NCBI GenBank assembly: GCA_964035545.1
Contig: OZ037765.1
Coordinates: forward strand, 27,837,504-27,901,503
Direction of reading: 5' to 3'
Origin: Bugula neritina
Taxonomy: Eukaryota > Animalia > Bryozoa
Length of the DNA stretch: 64,000 nt
Of this stretch, positions 1 through 22,000 are shown one piece after another. Position numbers and translations under genes: made by a program. Under the pieces are notes generated by a model that had not been told where the DNA came from, searched no databases, and saw only the letters and a list, made by a program, of their open reading frames with translations. The first letter of the stretch is position 1. Every line of letters begins with the position of its first letter.

Positions 1-848
1 GCTATGTAATACACTGTAATACTTTTATTAAAAATAAAAGAGAAACTTTTTTATGTTTACTACTTTATTTATCTAAATAAATGTAGTTTACTCTATTTAT
101 TTAGATAACTGAAGTAGTAAACAAAATGTTTTTCGTATATATTTTTTTAATGAAGTTACTAGCCCTTAAGGTTATAATATTTTTCATCATTGCAAAAGAA
201 CTACTGTTACATCAACTATCAAAAATAATGCTGCAATGCTTATGAAAGCAGTCACTATGAAAATTATACTATGCATGTATATTAATAAAGTTGTGACAGG
301 TAAACAGAGTCTATCAACATTGTTTTGCAGTTTGACCTTGCACTGTATAAGACACAGCTATACGAGTGCAACAGAAATTACCTAGTGCAGCTAGAAGAGC
401 CTCAACAACTACACACCAAAGATTTTGTGATAAAATTTTCTTGTAAAGAAGCTATTAAGTTGGTAACTGTCAAGCCTGTGTTCCCATGCCTCAACAAACA
501 AATAAATTCGCTATAACTTTTCTTTAGTTACAGCCGTACTTATAGTAGTCCAATAAAATAGAGAAGTTAATCCAGACAGCAACAGCGTAATATTATATTA
601 TTTAAAATAAATAATGATACAATAAAAGAGATTAAATTCTAAAAGATTAATTTGAATAAACATATTTGTAACATCCGTGGAGAGATTCTTGCACCGTGTC
701 ATAATTCTCATCAGAGTTAATACTTCCTATAGCACATGTTTTGAGATCTACAAAAGAATACCTTGAGTTTAGAATATAACATACGCATGTAATAGGCCTA
801 TTTTATTAAAACAGTTCAAATATTTAACAAATAGTTATGCAAGAATAC

Positions 849-1727
849 CTACTTTAGTCCAAGAGTATGAGAGCCTTCTTGGTCTTTAGTAAGCACAGCT
901 GGCGTGGCTGTAAAAGGCTTCTTGAACCATTCCACAAACCCTAAATAAAAAATTAATTTAATATTAAAATTAACCCTATCTGCTGGTAGTAGAGGATTAG
1001 CACATACTATAATAATTATCATCAGGAACAGAAAGTAGAAGTGCCATGGCAGTCAAAATAGTCACAAGAGAAATGGGTCTACAATCAATATTAAAGAAAG
1101 TACAACATTATACATATTATTCAAAATAAAAAACTTATGGAGGCAGCCAAAAGTTTTACTGATACAAGAAAAATACAAGTTTTGTGCAGCAGTTTTCAAA
1201 AATAAAAAGAAAGAAACAATTGGCAAGGTATATAGCCACCATTACGAGTAATGCACCCTAGCCTTATATATTTAATGAAATACATGTATAAACCAATAGT
1301 ATATATACAAGAGAAATTCTCACTATCCAAAATTAGTTTTGACAACCACAATCTCTGAGTGGGCTAGCAATATATTATATTAGATACCATTAAAAGAATA
1401 AAATTACTCAAAAAAATCAGTTAAATAATTTATGTTTACATTCCAACAAAAAATGTTTAGTTCAGTTATTATATATTGTTTTGAAAAAATTGGAGGAAGA
1501 CATTTACAGCTTCAGCCTAACATTGCAATGTGAAGTATTACGACTTTCAACTTAGATTAGTTTTTCCTCAAGAACTCATAATAAATGCAAAACTTGCCAG
1601 GAGCAGACAATCCCACCGAGTCTCGTAATTCTGGAGTAGATTTTGACTCGGCATTTTTACTTGAGATTTGATGCTGTTTTTCAGTTGATATTGCAGCTTG
1701 CACTTGCACCCATGGAACTGAAGCCAT
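849..1727 (-). CDS. Putative small two-exon ORF (73 aa, MASVPWVQVQ...GFVEWFKKPF...LGLK), unknown product
   Basis: ATG at 1727 in AAAATGG context. Exon 1727-1598, GC donor G|GCAAGT, acceptor TTTTATTTAG, exon 940-849 ending in TAG. Further splice-like sites at 1788, 848 and 750. No homology recognised. Confidence 0.3.
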
Positions 1728-3019
1728 TTTAATGCTGGTAATGCGTTTACTATATCAAAGTGGCATATAGGACTTGAAAAATCAACCTAAAATTGCAAGG
1801 AACAATAAATTGGTAAAATAAAGCATCAATTTTAAAAACAATAACAAGCTACAGTTATATTGCTTTAAAAACATCGAATCTGACTTGAAGAACACTTATT
1901 TATGCTACATTTTTTCATATGTGAAAAGTCAATGTACATACATATTAAAATACTTTAGAAAAAAGGATCGAATCAATAAAATCTGGTTTGCTGAATTTGT
2001 AATATGTGACATAGTATCACTTTATTCACTGTTTATTTTATGATTGTATGCCATCAGTCATGAGAATAGAAATAATTAGGCCAATATCATGCTTGGTGTA
2101 CAAAACAACGAATTCAGCATTGTTATTATTTGACACACTCTCTAAATATTTATACTGGGCATTTAGACTACCACTGATATACTACCTTCTCAATTCAAAC
2201 AAAACTAAGCAGCTTACATCAAAAACTATAGATTATATATTTAGCTTCCTACTGGTCAGTTATACATAACAATTGAACTCTATTACGATTTACTAATAGT
2301 TTCATTTTTTAAGTATAAAGCTTAACATAACATTAATTGATTTATATAGAAACTAAAAGTAGAAAAGCTAAAGAAAAATGATGTCTTTAACCTTTTCTTA
2401 CCCATTAGCACAAATAATTGCTTTCTTAGTTGCTAGTAAACTTCAATTTAAAGTAATATTAATATAGACTATAAGTATATGTATATCAATATGAATATGG
2501 TTATCGTTATCATATCAATGTTGATAATCCTGATGAACTCATGATTTACTTTCAGTGCATGATAATTATTGAATTTTCATCCTAATATTAGTAATACAAG
2601 TAATACAAAAGCAAAACTAAGGGCAAGTAAAATTTACAAAATACTGGCGATACTTATTATATTTATAAATCATTAAATTTCATTTTAAAAATAAATCAAA
2701 ATGTATTACTATTAGTGTTACTATTTGTATTAGAATTACATTTAGTCTTACAATATGTTGTATACAGTATATTCACATATTGCATTATACTTCAACTTAT
2801 AGCTTTGTTGTTATACAAGCTCATGCACTCATACAGGCTTTAACTTTAACTTTAAGAGAAAAAGCCATGTAAAGCTTGCTGATAAAAAGCTAATGCTTTG
2901 GGCACATATTGTTCCTCACTCTTTCTCTACGACCCAGCTTGGTAACACTAACATGTTAAATGTTCAATAAAACATATTCTCATTCTGTCTTTACATAATA
3001 CTACACAATATGAATATGA

Positions 3020-5100
3020 ATAACAATTAGAATTAGTATTACTATTAGTATTAGTACAGGTACTACTAGTACTAGTACTACAATAAGTATAACAATATGA
3101 ATAACACTGCTTATAGTTATAGTTATAGGTATAAGTCTTAGACTTATGCGAATAAAATTAGGTATTACTATTAGTATTAGAGTAAATTAGTATTACATTT
3201 GCTATTCCAGTATTAGTATTACATTTACTATTAGTATAACTATAACTATAACTATTACTATAAGTATAAGTATACTCACTACAGTATGAGTATAGTTATA
3301 AGTTAACAATTTCAATTTGAATTTAGTTTTACTTTTATCACTATTGCCATTGGCGAGTGCTTTCTACTTTCTAGTTCTCGTGTATTAGCTTTTCAACTTA
3401 AAATTTACCTTGGCATAAGTTCATATTAATATTAAACCTAACAAAATTCAGCGGCTAGCTTTTGAATAGAAAGTTTGTCTAATTAGACCTAAAATTGAAT
3501 TAAAGATACTTTCAAGGGTTAAAGGGCGTATAAATATCACGCTCTGCTCCTATGCTAATGTAGTCTTAGAACGCAACATTTACTGGTTCTTATTTGGTCT
3601 TTTGTTGATTTTTCTACTAGTCCCCCAAACCAAAATATTATTGTATTGCATTTGCTTGTAGGTTAAAGCGTACAGCGATCAGTACTAGTTTGCGTTTAAT
3701 ATAAACGACCTTGATATAAACTGTGTAGTATGTAGTATACACTTCTTCATAATACAAATCATTATGACGAGCCCCCACCGTAGCTAAATGAGTATTTATT
3801 TTCTTGAAACCCGACTATTTTTCAGAATCTAGAATTGAAATTGTTGCAGCAGTAATAATAGTAATGCTAAATATAATAGTATTAGTATAATAAAGTATAA
3901 ATATGACTATAACTATAAGTAGGGGTATTACGATTAGTACTAGTACTAGTACTACTTGAATTTCACTCTAAATATTTTAGTTTTAGTTAATTATAAAACT
4001 CCAGGCTCCAGAGACTAAAACTTAAACTTAAAGTTTAAGTTAAACTTTTAGTTTTATATTTAAATTTATAACTTTAAGTTTAACTTACAAGTAGTAGTAA
4101 AAGTAGTCTAGTAGTAGTAGTACTAAAAATAGTAATACTAATAGAATAACACTAATAGTATTAATAATAGTAATACTACTACAAATACTAAGTCTAATAC
4201 TAATAGTAATACTAATAGTAATAGTAATACTAATACTAATAGTAATAGTAATAGCCACATCGAAATACGGTTTCCTAGTTTCTTTTCAAAAATAATCATA
4301 ATGATAATAATTTTTAATCAATATGAATATGATTTATTATTATATTTTGATTATCTATTAATAATAGACTAAGACTATGGCCCTAACTACTACTTTAACT
4401 TACTAATAGTAATAATAATATTATATTATATTTAGACTAAACCATAAGTTAAAGTATATCAATATGTATAAGCATAAGTATAGGCAGTAGCTATTATTAT
4501 TAGTAATAGTATTAGACTATTAGTACTACTACTGCTACTAGTGCTAGTACTAGTACTAGTCGTTTACCGGTTTAGTATTACTATAACTATTAGTATTCCA
4601 GTAACATCATTGGTATGAAATTGCATTTACTATTACCGTTGGTATCAATATTATTACTATAGCAGTGGTATAGGGGTTAGAGTGTTTGGCTTAGTACACA
4701 CGAAGTCATGGGCTCGAACCCGGTAAATGTCATTGGTGATGTTAGAAATATCTGAATAAGTCCTTAGCCTTATCTAACACAAACCCTTTCTATCAAGGGT
4801 TTCTCACAGGGATGGCAAGTGTAATCTTGCGTGAGTTATACTTGTAGTATTAGTATTAGTATTGCATTTTTATTGGTATTATTATTGTAGTTATAGTATT
4901 AGTATTATGATTCTTTTCTACTAATCTAATACTCCTTGCTGCTGCTGCTGCTATTACTACACTACCACACTACTACGCTACTACACTACTACACTACTGG
5001 ACTACTGGACTATTACAGTTACTACACTATTAGTACTACTTATAGTTATTACTTATAGTTATTAGTTATCATTAAACCTAAAGTGAGTATCACTAAACTT
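3020..5100. repeat. Degenerate hexamer/trimer-cadence low-complexity tracts flanking a CpG-containing island (about 3500-3850)
   Basis: Long runs such as tactaatagtaatagtaatac, agtattagtatt and actactagtactagt, with no single fixed unit. Confidence 0.7.
4662..4724 (+). mobile_element. tRNA-derived SINE head or tRNA pseudogene fragment
   Basis: A-box-like GTGGTATAGGGGTTAG and B-box-like GGGCTCGAACCC at tRNA spacing, but no intact acceptor stem. Confidence 0.5.
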
Positions 5101-6948
5101 AAAAACTTATTTTAGATTCAGAGTTACATTAATGGCTAAGTGTAAGTTTAATCACTAAAAATTTCATTCAATTTGGTCTTATATTCATATTAATATTCGT
5201 ACGGGTATTAACTTTAAGAATGAGATGAAATTTGAATTGATACTTTGCCTTCATATATACTTCATATTGTTATTGATGCTCTTGCTAATATGTTGCTAAA
5301 ATTTAAAAGGCTAGCTGTAATCACCTGATACTAATAGTAAGTCATTCAGCATCTTAAATTGAAATTGGTAATTATAAATTTATGTAATATTTAAACTAAA
5401 ACCAATAGATATGCTTTTAGGAGTTTGAAAGTGAAGAAATAATTTGGTACTTGTAAAGTATGTAGCTCTAAAATTTGTTTTATATTATTAATGATATCTG
5501 TGTTTAAAAATCCAAGCGAATTATGATAATAGTATTTGCAATTAATATCACTATAATTTATTGGTTGTCATGCTCTTAATTATTATGCCAGTGCATACTT
5601 TACATTAACTTTTAATCAGTTTTCAAATACTAATTTAAATGCAAACTTAGTAATGTGACATCTCAAGTTACTACTAAAACTAGTGAGCTATGGAACTCAT
5701 AGCCTGCATGCTAAAATTGTAACTATCATTTACAGAATTAAAACATATTTCAAGACTTTTTTTCATATTTATAACTATATTGCTTAGAATGTTGAAATTT
5801 TAGTAATTATTAGTAAGTTCATGTTTGTAGATGTTTGACCATTCGTCATTTTACATAATATTTTCATTTTTGGGTATTTTTTTGAACAAATGTAAGTTGA
5901 ACTTGATATTTGTTTTATTGTAAAATTAACTTGTAAAGTCAAATTAAAATTATTAATATTACTATTAGAGTAACTGTTAGTCTTGCTTGTCTAAAATAAA
6001 AGCAAGATTTTTTTATTAATTACTTTGATGATGTTTTCCTGTAGTTTTCGACTTCTCTTATTAGTTTTAATGAAGTTTGTTGTCAAACCGAAATATGTTT
6101 TAAACTTCTACACTGAAAACATATTCCATCTTCAGCCTCTTGTATGCTCAATTCTGTTTTTATGAATCATACAGCATCATAAAATGCATATTATGCCAAT
6201 TAAGAATTTTTAGCTGAAAAACAGTTTGCAATGGACTCCTTCATTTTCCAACACAACTATTCTTATACTTGTATTAAAGGAGGCCTTATTTGCATTCAAC
6301 TCCCCTGGCCAAACACCTTACTCTTTATGAAAACTTTTTATATAGTATGGAGCTTGCAGGTTTATTTTTTTAGAAATGCACCAAATCATGACATTTTCTT
6401 TCTTTTAGCCTGTTTAATATTTTTTAATTTACTTGTAAATGCAAAAATTCATTATATGAATTATTTTAACTTTAACTGACATTGTGTTGTTACTTGTTCT
6501 TTGTACACAATGCAGTAAAAAATATAATAATCAATTTTGACTTTGTTTTCCATAAATTTGTATTTATGTGATGTAAATAAAGAAAATAAGTACCGTAAAA
6601 GAACACTTAATGCTAGTTTTGTCATATTTTACCTTATCTTTTAGAGGTTTGTTTACATGCAACCCAAGCCAGAATTTTTGCATTGATTTTGAGCTAAAAT
6701 TAAACTTTGGGAGCAAACCTGTTGGAAAGTAGTATTGGGAAAAATAACAAATTTTTTTATTCATTTTTTCACTCTTACTCAAATTTTTCAGCAAAAAATA
6801 AGCTTGCCTACTGCCAATTAATTCTAGAAATATATTTATATGTTATGTAGGCTTTGCTCAACGAACAGAATTCTAGTTTAACCTTATTTATGTAAGCAAA
6901 GTGTGGGGCACTGAATGAGTTCCTTCAAAACAGAAATATTTCTCTAGC

Positions 6949-14736
<7,788 letters not shown>

Positions 14737-16044
14737 TGAATAAAAATTTTATTTTATAAACTTGCTATCTCTAACTCCCACCTATAACTATTATTGTCTA
14801 TAAGATTGTAGCACTTTTACAGAGCTGTAGCCAAAGGTGACCCCAAGTGGCGTTGACCTTTGAAATAGCAATTTATATTTTCTTACATTTAGCTTTTGCT
14901 GTTCTATAGCATTCAAACGATCAAGTTCTGTAGGGTATAGCTGATGCAGCTTCTATAATGTGAATTGTATTTGAAATGGATTCCTTTTTTATGTGCAATA
15001 GTATTATTTATTAAATGTTGTTCACTTTTTTGCTACCAGAATTGTGGGTGTAATAAAGTTTTCTGATGTTTTACCCACTATTAGTAACAATAAAGATAAT
15101 TCCCGTTTGTTAACAGTTTTGTTACTTAACTCCTCGTGAATTGTTTAATAATGACTTGTAAAAAATATTTTTATATTTACCTTTAAATCAACTACCTGGT
15201 TATTTTTACATGATGGCTATAATAAACATTAGATGAATTCACCAACTATATTGCTAAATATATCAATTTCAATCAGTAGATTTGTGCAGCTTGTTAATTA
15301 TGGATAAACAGCTTGAAACATCTACGTACACCCATATATAATCCAATGAATAACACATTATACTAGTAGCTCAATGTATTTTTACCATTTTTTCAATTAC
15401 TTTAGAAAAATTAATGTTTCTGGAATATTTTATCTCTTGTTCCAGTATATAGCATAGTTTACTAGAATATTTGGCTAATATGAGGATCATCATTTATTAA
15501 TTAAGGTTATAAGAACTTAGCAGCTTGTATTCTCTTGATAGCAGCAAATAAACACGGTATATTTGATAGATTGGTTGTTGATCTGCTCTTGTATGAATAA
15601 TATTCCTGTAATGAATAGTATGTTGAAAGCACCTCATCATTCAGTTGAATAATGTTGCCATCACTTACTCTTGCATATAGAAGAGATAGCAGAGCATTAT
15701 TATAAGATAATCATGTGAGAAATAGTAAAGTCATTACTAAGAAAGTGAACACATATTTACTACTTTCATTACTTACTAAGTATATCTACACAGACTATCA
15801 TTACACCACAGCTTGCTGCTCTTAAATCACTCAACAAATTGAGAAGTGAGTAGGTTGATACTTTATCTTAATAATTATATTTTTAAAAAAGTTTCAAATT
15901 GCACTTTTTGTTTTTAGAACTTTTTTATCACACTAATTTTTTGCGTAAAAGTGACACACGTTATGCTGATTTTGTCTTTTATTTAGCTCCTGCGTAATTT
16001 GTTGCAAAATCAAAGTATTATGTTTGTACTTTATTCCTAGCAAA

Positions 16045-19000
16045 ATGGCCGATAGTACTGTTGAGGTAAGTCTTGCTGGGATGGAAACTCAACTGATCAA
16101 TGGTGATGAGCAACACACGTCAGTGATGAGGACTCAGCTTAGTGGAGGGAGCAGCAATATGACATCAAATCTGATGGTTGTTGAAACAACTGATCATTCT
16201 ATTTGCCACAAACATGTTGCATTTGAAGAGGAAACAAACCAGAATGTTGTGTCTCCAAGTAACAAGTCTGAGGTTGTATTGTCAAGTAATCAGCAAGCAA
16301 ACATCAACAAAAAAGAAGCAGCTTTAGCTTTTGAGAAGCTGATCCAAGGAAGGTTACCAGGAAAAGATGAACCACAGCAATTTTCGGAGCCAAAACAGAG
16401 CACCATCATTGAGAAGACAACCCACATTGTCACTCAGTCAGAACCTAAAACTGATGCAGACAATTTCTCACAAGACAAACATGTGGCTGAGAATGAGCCT
16501 GTGACACGAACTGGCGTCATGCGAGAAGCTGATACTAATGACGAGCACGAGTACCCTGAAGAAGGTTTGAGTTTCTTCTTCTAGTTAAAATGGGTAACAT
16601 ATATTTTTGTATGAGTGGAGGAGTTTGAGACTTACTAAATAAAGTTATGTTCACTAGAAAAGCAAGATTGATGCTATGGGATGGGAGGTCAATGGTACTA
16701 ATTGACTGCATTGTGTTCAAACTAAATGATGTCTTTTTGGACACCTTTTTCTCAACTTCTGTTTTTAATAAACTTATATTTTTGCTGTTTGCTAAACATT
16801 GTACAAATTAGTTTTAGTAAGTTTGAAACTTATTAATGACAAACAAATTTAATGTATTTATACGGTCAAAAATTTGTTGCAAAAATTAGTTGTAAAAGCT
16901 TGAAAAATTAATCATCCTAATTTCTTTGATTATTTCTAAATGAGTCATATTTTACTTGATTTAGTACACACTGGAAATCTCCAGTTTTTAGCTATTTTTT
17001 ACAATTTAGCTGTTAATAAACATGGGTTTTTGCCCAAAACTAGTAAAATATGAATGAACACCACCTAAATAATCAAGGTTTTTCTTAATTTTGCTTGATT
17101 TTCCATGTTTTTTCCTAATTATTTAGCAAGTATCTTAATAATTAGGAAGAAGCATGGGAAATCAAGCAAAATTAAAAATAACTTTGATTATTTAGGTGTG
17201 TTCATTCATATTTTACTAGTTTTGGGCAAAAACCCATGTTCATTAGCAGCTAAATTGTAAAACATATAGCTAAAAACTGGAGATTTCCAGTGTGTACTAA
17301 ATTAAGTAAAATGACCCAAATATCAATTTGCAGCAAAAGATTGTGTTTTTATCAAAATACAAGTTATCTTGACAATTCTCTTTTCCTCGAACACAAGCTC
17401 TCTGATGCTACAACTTTGTTCTAGTTGTCTAATAACGTTGAATATTTTCAAACATTAGCAACATAAGTGGTGGCTAAGTGCAGTAATAGAGAAAATCCTG
17501 TGCTCTAGATGAGAAATGTAGCAAAGGAAGTTATGTTCTTACCAAAGTTTCAACTGGCGCCCTAAACTAAAGCTTATAAAAATACATAGGCTATTGAAAT
17601 TTCCCCACTATTGCATATACATCTAGATGTAGCAGCAAAATGGCTTATCGAAGGTGTGTTATTATTTTGAAGGCCTGACAAAAGCCATTCTTTCGAAGTT
17701 CAAGAATAAGAAATATGAAACCACGCCAATATATCGAGAAGAAGTCAATCCATCAACTGGAATCAGTGTGAAGGTTTTACCGTAATCAGTAATTCAATAT
17801 AATAATATTCATTTGTCTACACTTTCCAATAAACTATTAATATACAAGTGTGTACTATTTCTAGGATATATCTTCCCAATTGAAAAAAATCCCAAGTCTC
17901 ATGAGCACAGGCGTTTCTCAAGCTGCTGATATTGATGATGAAATATCAGAGACTAAAGGTGGGGTTTACGAGTCTCAACCTGTACTATTGAAAGATGTGG
18001 CGAAAGAAAATCAGAGGTATAATTGCTGAAAGTAATACATATATATAATTTTATACTCTATGAAGAGAAAAAAATCTAGCAAGCTAGCATAATATATGTG
18101 AATAGCATTCATTGATTGATCAAAGTTTTTAAGTTTAAAACATGCTTATAGTTAAAGATTGGCATGAAATAAAAGTTGGGAATAGTAATATTTGTTTTCC
18201 ACTATAGCATTATAAAAGGCAATTTTGTTACTCCAAGTATAGAGAATAAAGTGAATGTTACTATTTCTAAAACTATTCTTACCACTTACTCTCTATTTGC
18301 ATAGTCACATCAGTTAAGTACAAACTTGATTTTACACATTGTGAAGGATTATGAATAATACTGAATGTTTGATCAACAGAAATGATGAAGAAGAACTGCC
18401 ACCTGTAGGACTAACAAAGAACTTGCTTTCTGCATTTAAAGAGCTCCAGAGATCTGGAGAAAATGTAGGTGAAGCTTCTTTTCTTCTTATTTCATGTTTA
18501 TGAGCAATGTATGTTGATTGTAAGTTTCAGTCATAAAAATCAGGGCAAAAATTATGCTAAGTTATTTTTTTTAGAAATGAATGATATCAACTTGGTCACA
18601 TTTGCATTTCAATAAATATATGCGCTATTCTGTGGATATCATTTCTTATAAAGAAAATGGTACTGTGTAAAAATTTACAACAAATGAATAATAATTTTTT
18701 TCAATAAGCATCTATAATGAGCGCATGATGATTATAATATATTTTGTATGTATAATAATATGAAAACCCAATTATGCCCATTAACTATCGTCATTATTAT
18801 TGCAGACCGATAATTATTCTGATCATTATGTCTATGTTTTGTGTGTATGGCCCTAGCAAGTGCTTTCAAACTGCTATTCTACATCACAAAATGTTATATA
18901 CTATTACTGTATATACTATTACAGCCCTTTTTGCTGCAATTCTGCTAACCGAAATATATTGTAGTAAACATAAATAATATAAGCAAGTATCAGCTGTATA

Positions 19001-22000
19001 TAGGTTTTAGGCTGCAGTCATATGCTAATTTGAAAGTCCTAGTTATTCTATTTCAGCACTTAACTAGAAACCTAGAAAAATAGATTCTTTACTAAAAACC
19101 ATGCTAAAACTGTTGAAGTTTCTCGCAATAAAAAGATAGCGCCATTAGTTTTTGGTAAATTTTCCATAACGAAATAGTAACCACTGATGACTCATTTATT
19201 TTAGACTCCATTGAAGCAGCAGTCACGCGTTGGCAGCACATCTAACGTATCTGAGTATCTAAACATGTACAAGGAGGCATCTGGTTCTTGCAGTGAAAAT
19301 TTGCCAGTTTTACTGAAAAATGTCGCTAGAGAGTCTGACACAGTCTGTGAGAAAGAAGAGCTGCCAGTTCATGGTACATCTGTCTTTACACAAGTACCTT
19401 GCGTAACTTGTCATAGCTTATTGCTCTGAGCACCTATAAATGTCAAATAGATTATTTTTATTACTGTGTTGAACCATCGACCAATTGTTTCTTCAGACAT
19501 TATTTTAAAAAAAATGGGCTCAGGGAATTATGGCACAGGTAGTAATGGCACAAATGGAAAGTAGCTAAAAATGGCATACAGATGTACAGATGTTAAATTT
19601 CTCCAAACCCCAACCCTTAAACCCTTACCTCAAACTCAAACCCCCATCCCCAAACCTAAACCCCCATTCCACACCCCAAACCCTAATACTGAAATGTGCC
19701 ACTTTTACCTACTTTGCCATTTGTGCCATTATTACCTGTGTCATTATTACCTTTGCCATTTTTACCATGCCATTTTCACCTGTGTCATTTTTACTGGACA
19801 CCCTTCAGACATATGCAAATAGATTTTAAACTCACTAAGTTTATAATTGAAGTAACACCCATGCAGGTGTACTTGTTTATACTTATTCAACCTTATGATA
19901 CCCACAAGGTGGTTTTAGAAATAGTTATTTCTATTTTGTGTAGAGGCGCATTACTATAGCTGTAAAACTTTCTAAGACAGGTTTCAGTGTATGTACCAAT
20001 GGAATGTACATATTATATTTAATAGGAACTGCCAAAAACCTTCTCAACATGTTTACCAAGGTTAATGAAGATACTAAGAACATGAAGGCACAACTCCATA
20101 AGCCTTCAGGTGTGGCTAAAACGGTGAGTATAATCTCAGTGGAGTAAGTAATAGAAGAAAATGATAATATTTTATGATATTCTTGTGCACGTGTATACTT
20201 TCTCTTAAAATTACTTCAAGAACAACTTTATGATACATAGTTTTTATGTAATTTTCTAAAAGAGCAAGGTTGAAATGTTATGAAGTTGACATACGTTATA
20301 GTGTGGTGGTTCGTGGAACTACCAGCAGCACAACATGTAGGGTCGCGTAACTGACCCGGAACAATGGATAGCCAATTAGCGTAGTTGATAGTTAGCAGCA
20401 ATTGTAGTTTCCCGCTGCTAACTCAGTCGAAGCTAGAGTGTGAAATAGATTAGATGTGTAACTTGTTTGGAAATAATGTATCGTTTTTATGATGTATAAT
20501 TGTGTGTAAAATATACTCGTTCACTCGACTTATCCTGGTGCAGTTCTATAGTAAATAAATAGACTCTCTGGATAGCACATCAACCCTAAATCTGAAAATC
20601 TTAACAGTGGTGGCAGCAGTGGGATAGTGCATCCAAGATGGAGACTGAAAATGCTGGAACTCAACCACCGGCAATCGAAGGTGAGCGTAGAGACAATGCT
20701 GTAGAGACAATGCCTGTTAACCATGTAGTAGAAGAGCGAAGGGTTCCGCGAGAACTAGCTGAGGACCGCTACAGGTTAAAGGCGCCCACCTTCACGGGTG
20801 AAGAGGAGGTGGAACAATTTATCCAAGAGTTTAGCGACGTAATGGACGTCGCCCAGTGGCCCCCTAGGGTGGCCTTGCTGAAGCTTAGAATGGCATTGAT
20901 GGACAAAGCCAAGCCTTATGGGCTGGGCGTAGACATTGATAATATCTTTGCTTCTCTGCGGGCCCGCTTCGGCCTCTCTGCTACAGATGCCAGGGCCCGA
21001 TTGCAGAGGTTGCGGCGTGATCCCCGCACCCCGTTGCGGGAGCACGCCGCCGCGGTCATGAAGCTGGCACAGATCGCGTACAGCGACTTGCCCCCAGTCA
21101 ACCGCGAGAGGTATACCCTCGACGCTTTCATAGCATCTGTCGACGATCTGGGTCTCCACCACCAGTTTCTAGCTAGGGGAGTCACCACCGTTGAAGATGC
21201 TCTGACTGAGGGGGAAGCTTACCTCCTAGCTAACCAAATGCATAAAAGTCGCGGAAGCTCCCGTCAAGTGGAGATAGACCGCGCAGACACGGCCGCGGGA
21301 CAAGGGGAGGAAACCCCCGCCGCGGCTGCCGTGTCCCAGTTGGCGACGGCATCGAAAGTCACTCAACTGACAGACATGCTAGCCAAGTTGATAGCAACAC
21401 TGACACCACAAACCCCAGTGAGTACCGCCCCTGAGCCCATGCGGCCATCGGCGCCGCCACAGGGAGAAACAGTCAGTTTTTGCTGGGAGTGCGGAAATCA
21501 AGGACATTTCCGCCGATATTGTCCCTTCCTAAATCAGGGGTTAAACTACCGCGGCCCGCAGATGTTCCCACCTTCCGCGGGCCGACGATGAAACCTCCAG
21601 GGAAAAAGAAACGCAGGTCACCCAGACGGGTACCGCGTACTGGCAACCAACAGTGGCAACAGCCACGACGGACCAGCAAGGGGCTTCGCCCCGCAGCTGC
21701 CTTTTCTATGCCCCTTCACAACAGATTCACAGGGCTACAAGTCCAAGAATCTGGATGGGAGCACACAAAGGTAGCTGAGAATCTAGCCTCGGCACCCCCG
21801 AGGCCTACCTACCACCGCCCCAAGAGACCTCCTTCGCGACCCAAAGCGAGGGAGGTACTCCCTGCGAGAGTAAGGCCTGAAGGGAGAGTTCAGGTGCAGC
21901 CCCATGGGAACAGCTATTTCTTGCCCGGTAAACTGGAAGGCAAAGCTGTTACTTTTCTCATTGATTCGGGCTGTACCGCAAACCTCTTAAGCCGCCAACT

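Noticed and set aside
4662-4724. Functional tRNA gene
   Set aside because: A and B boxes are present, but no cloverleaf with a paired acceptor stem could be built.
19571-19959. Three overlapping short ORFs
   Set aside because: They are translations of the MITE subrepeats inside an intron.
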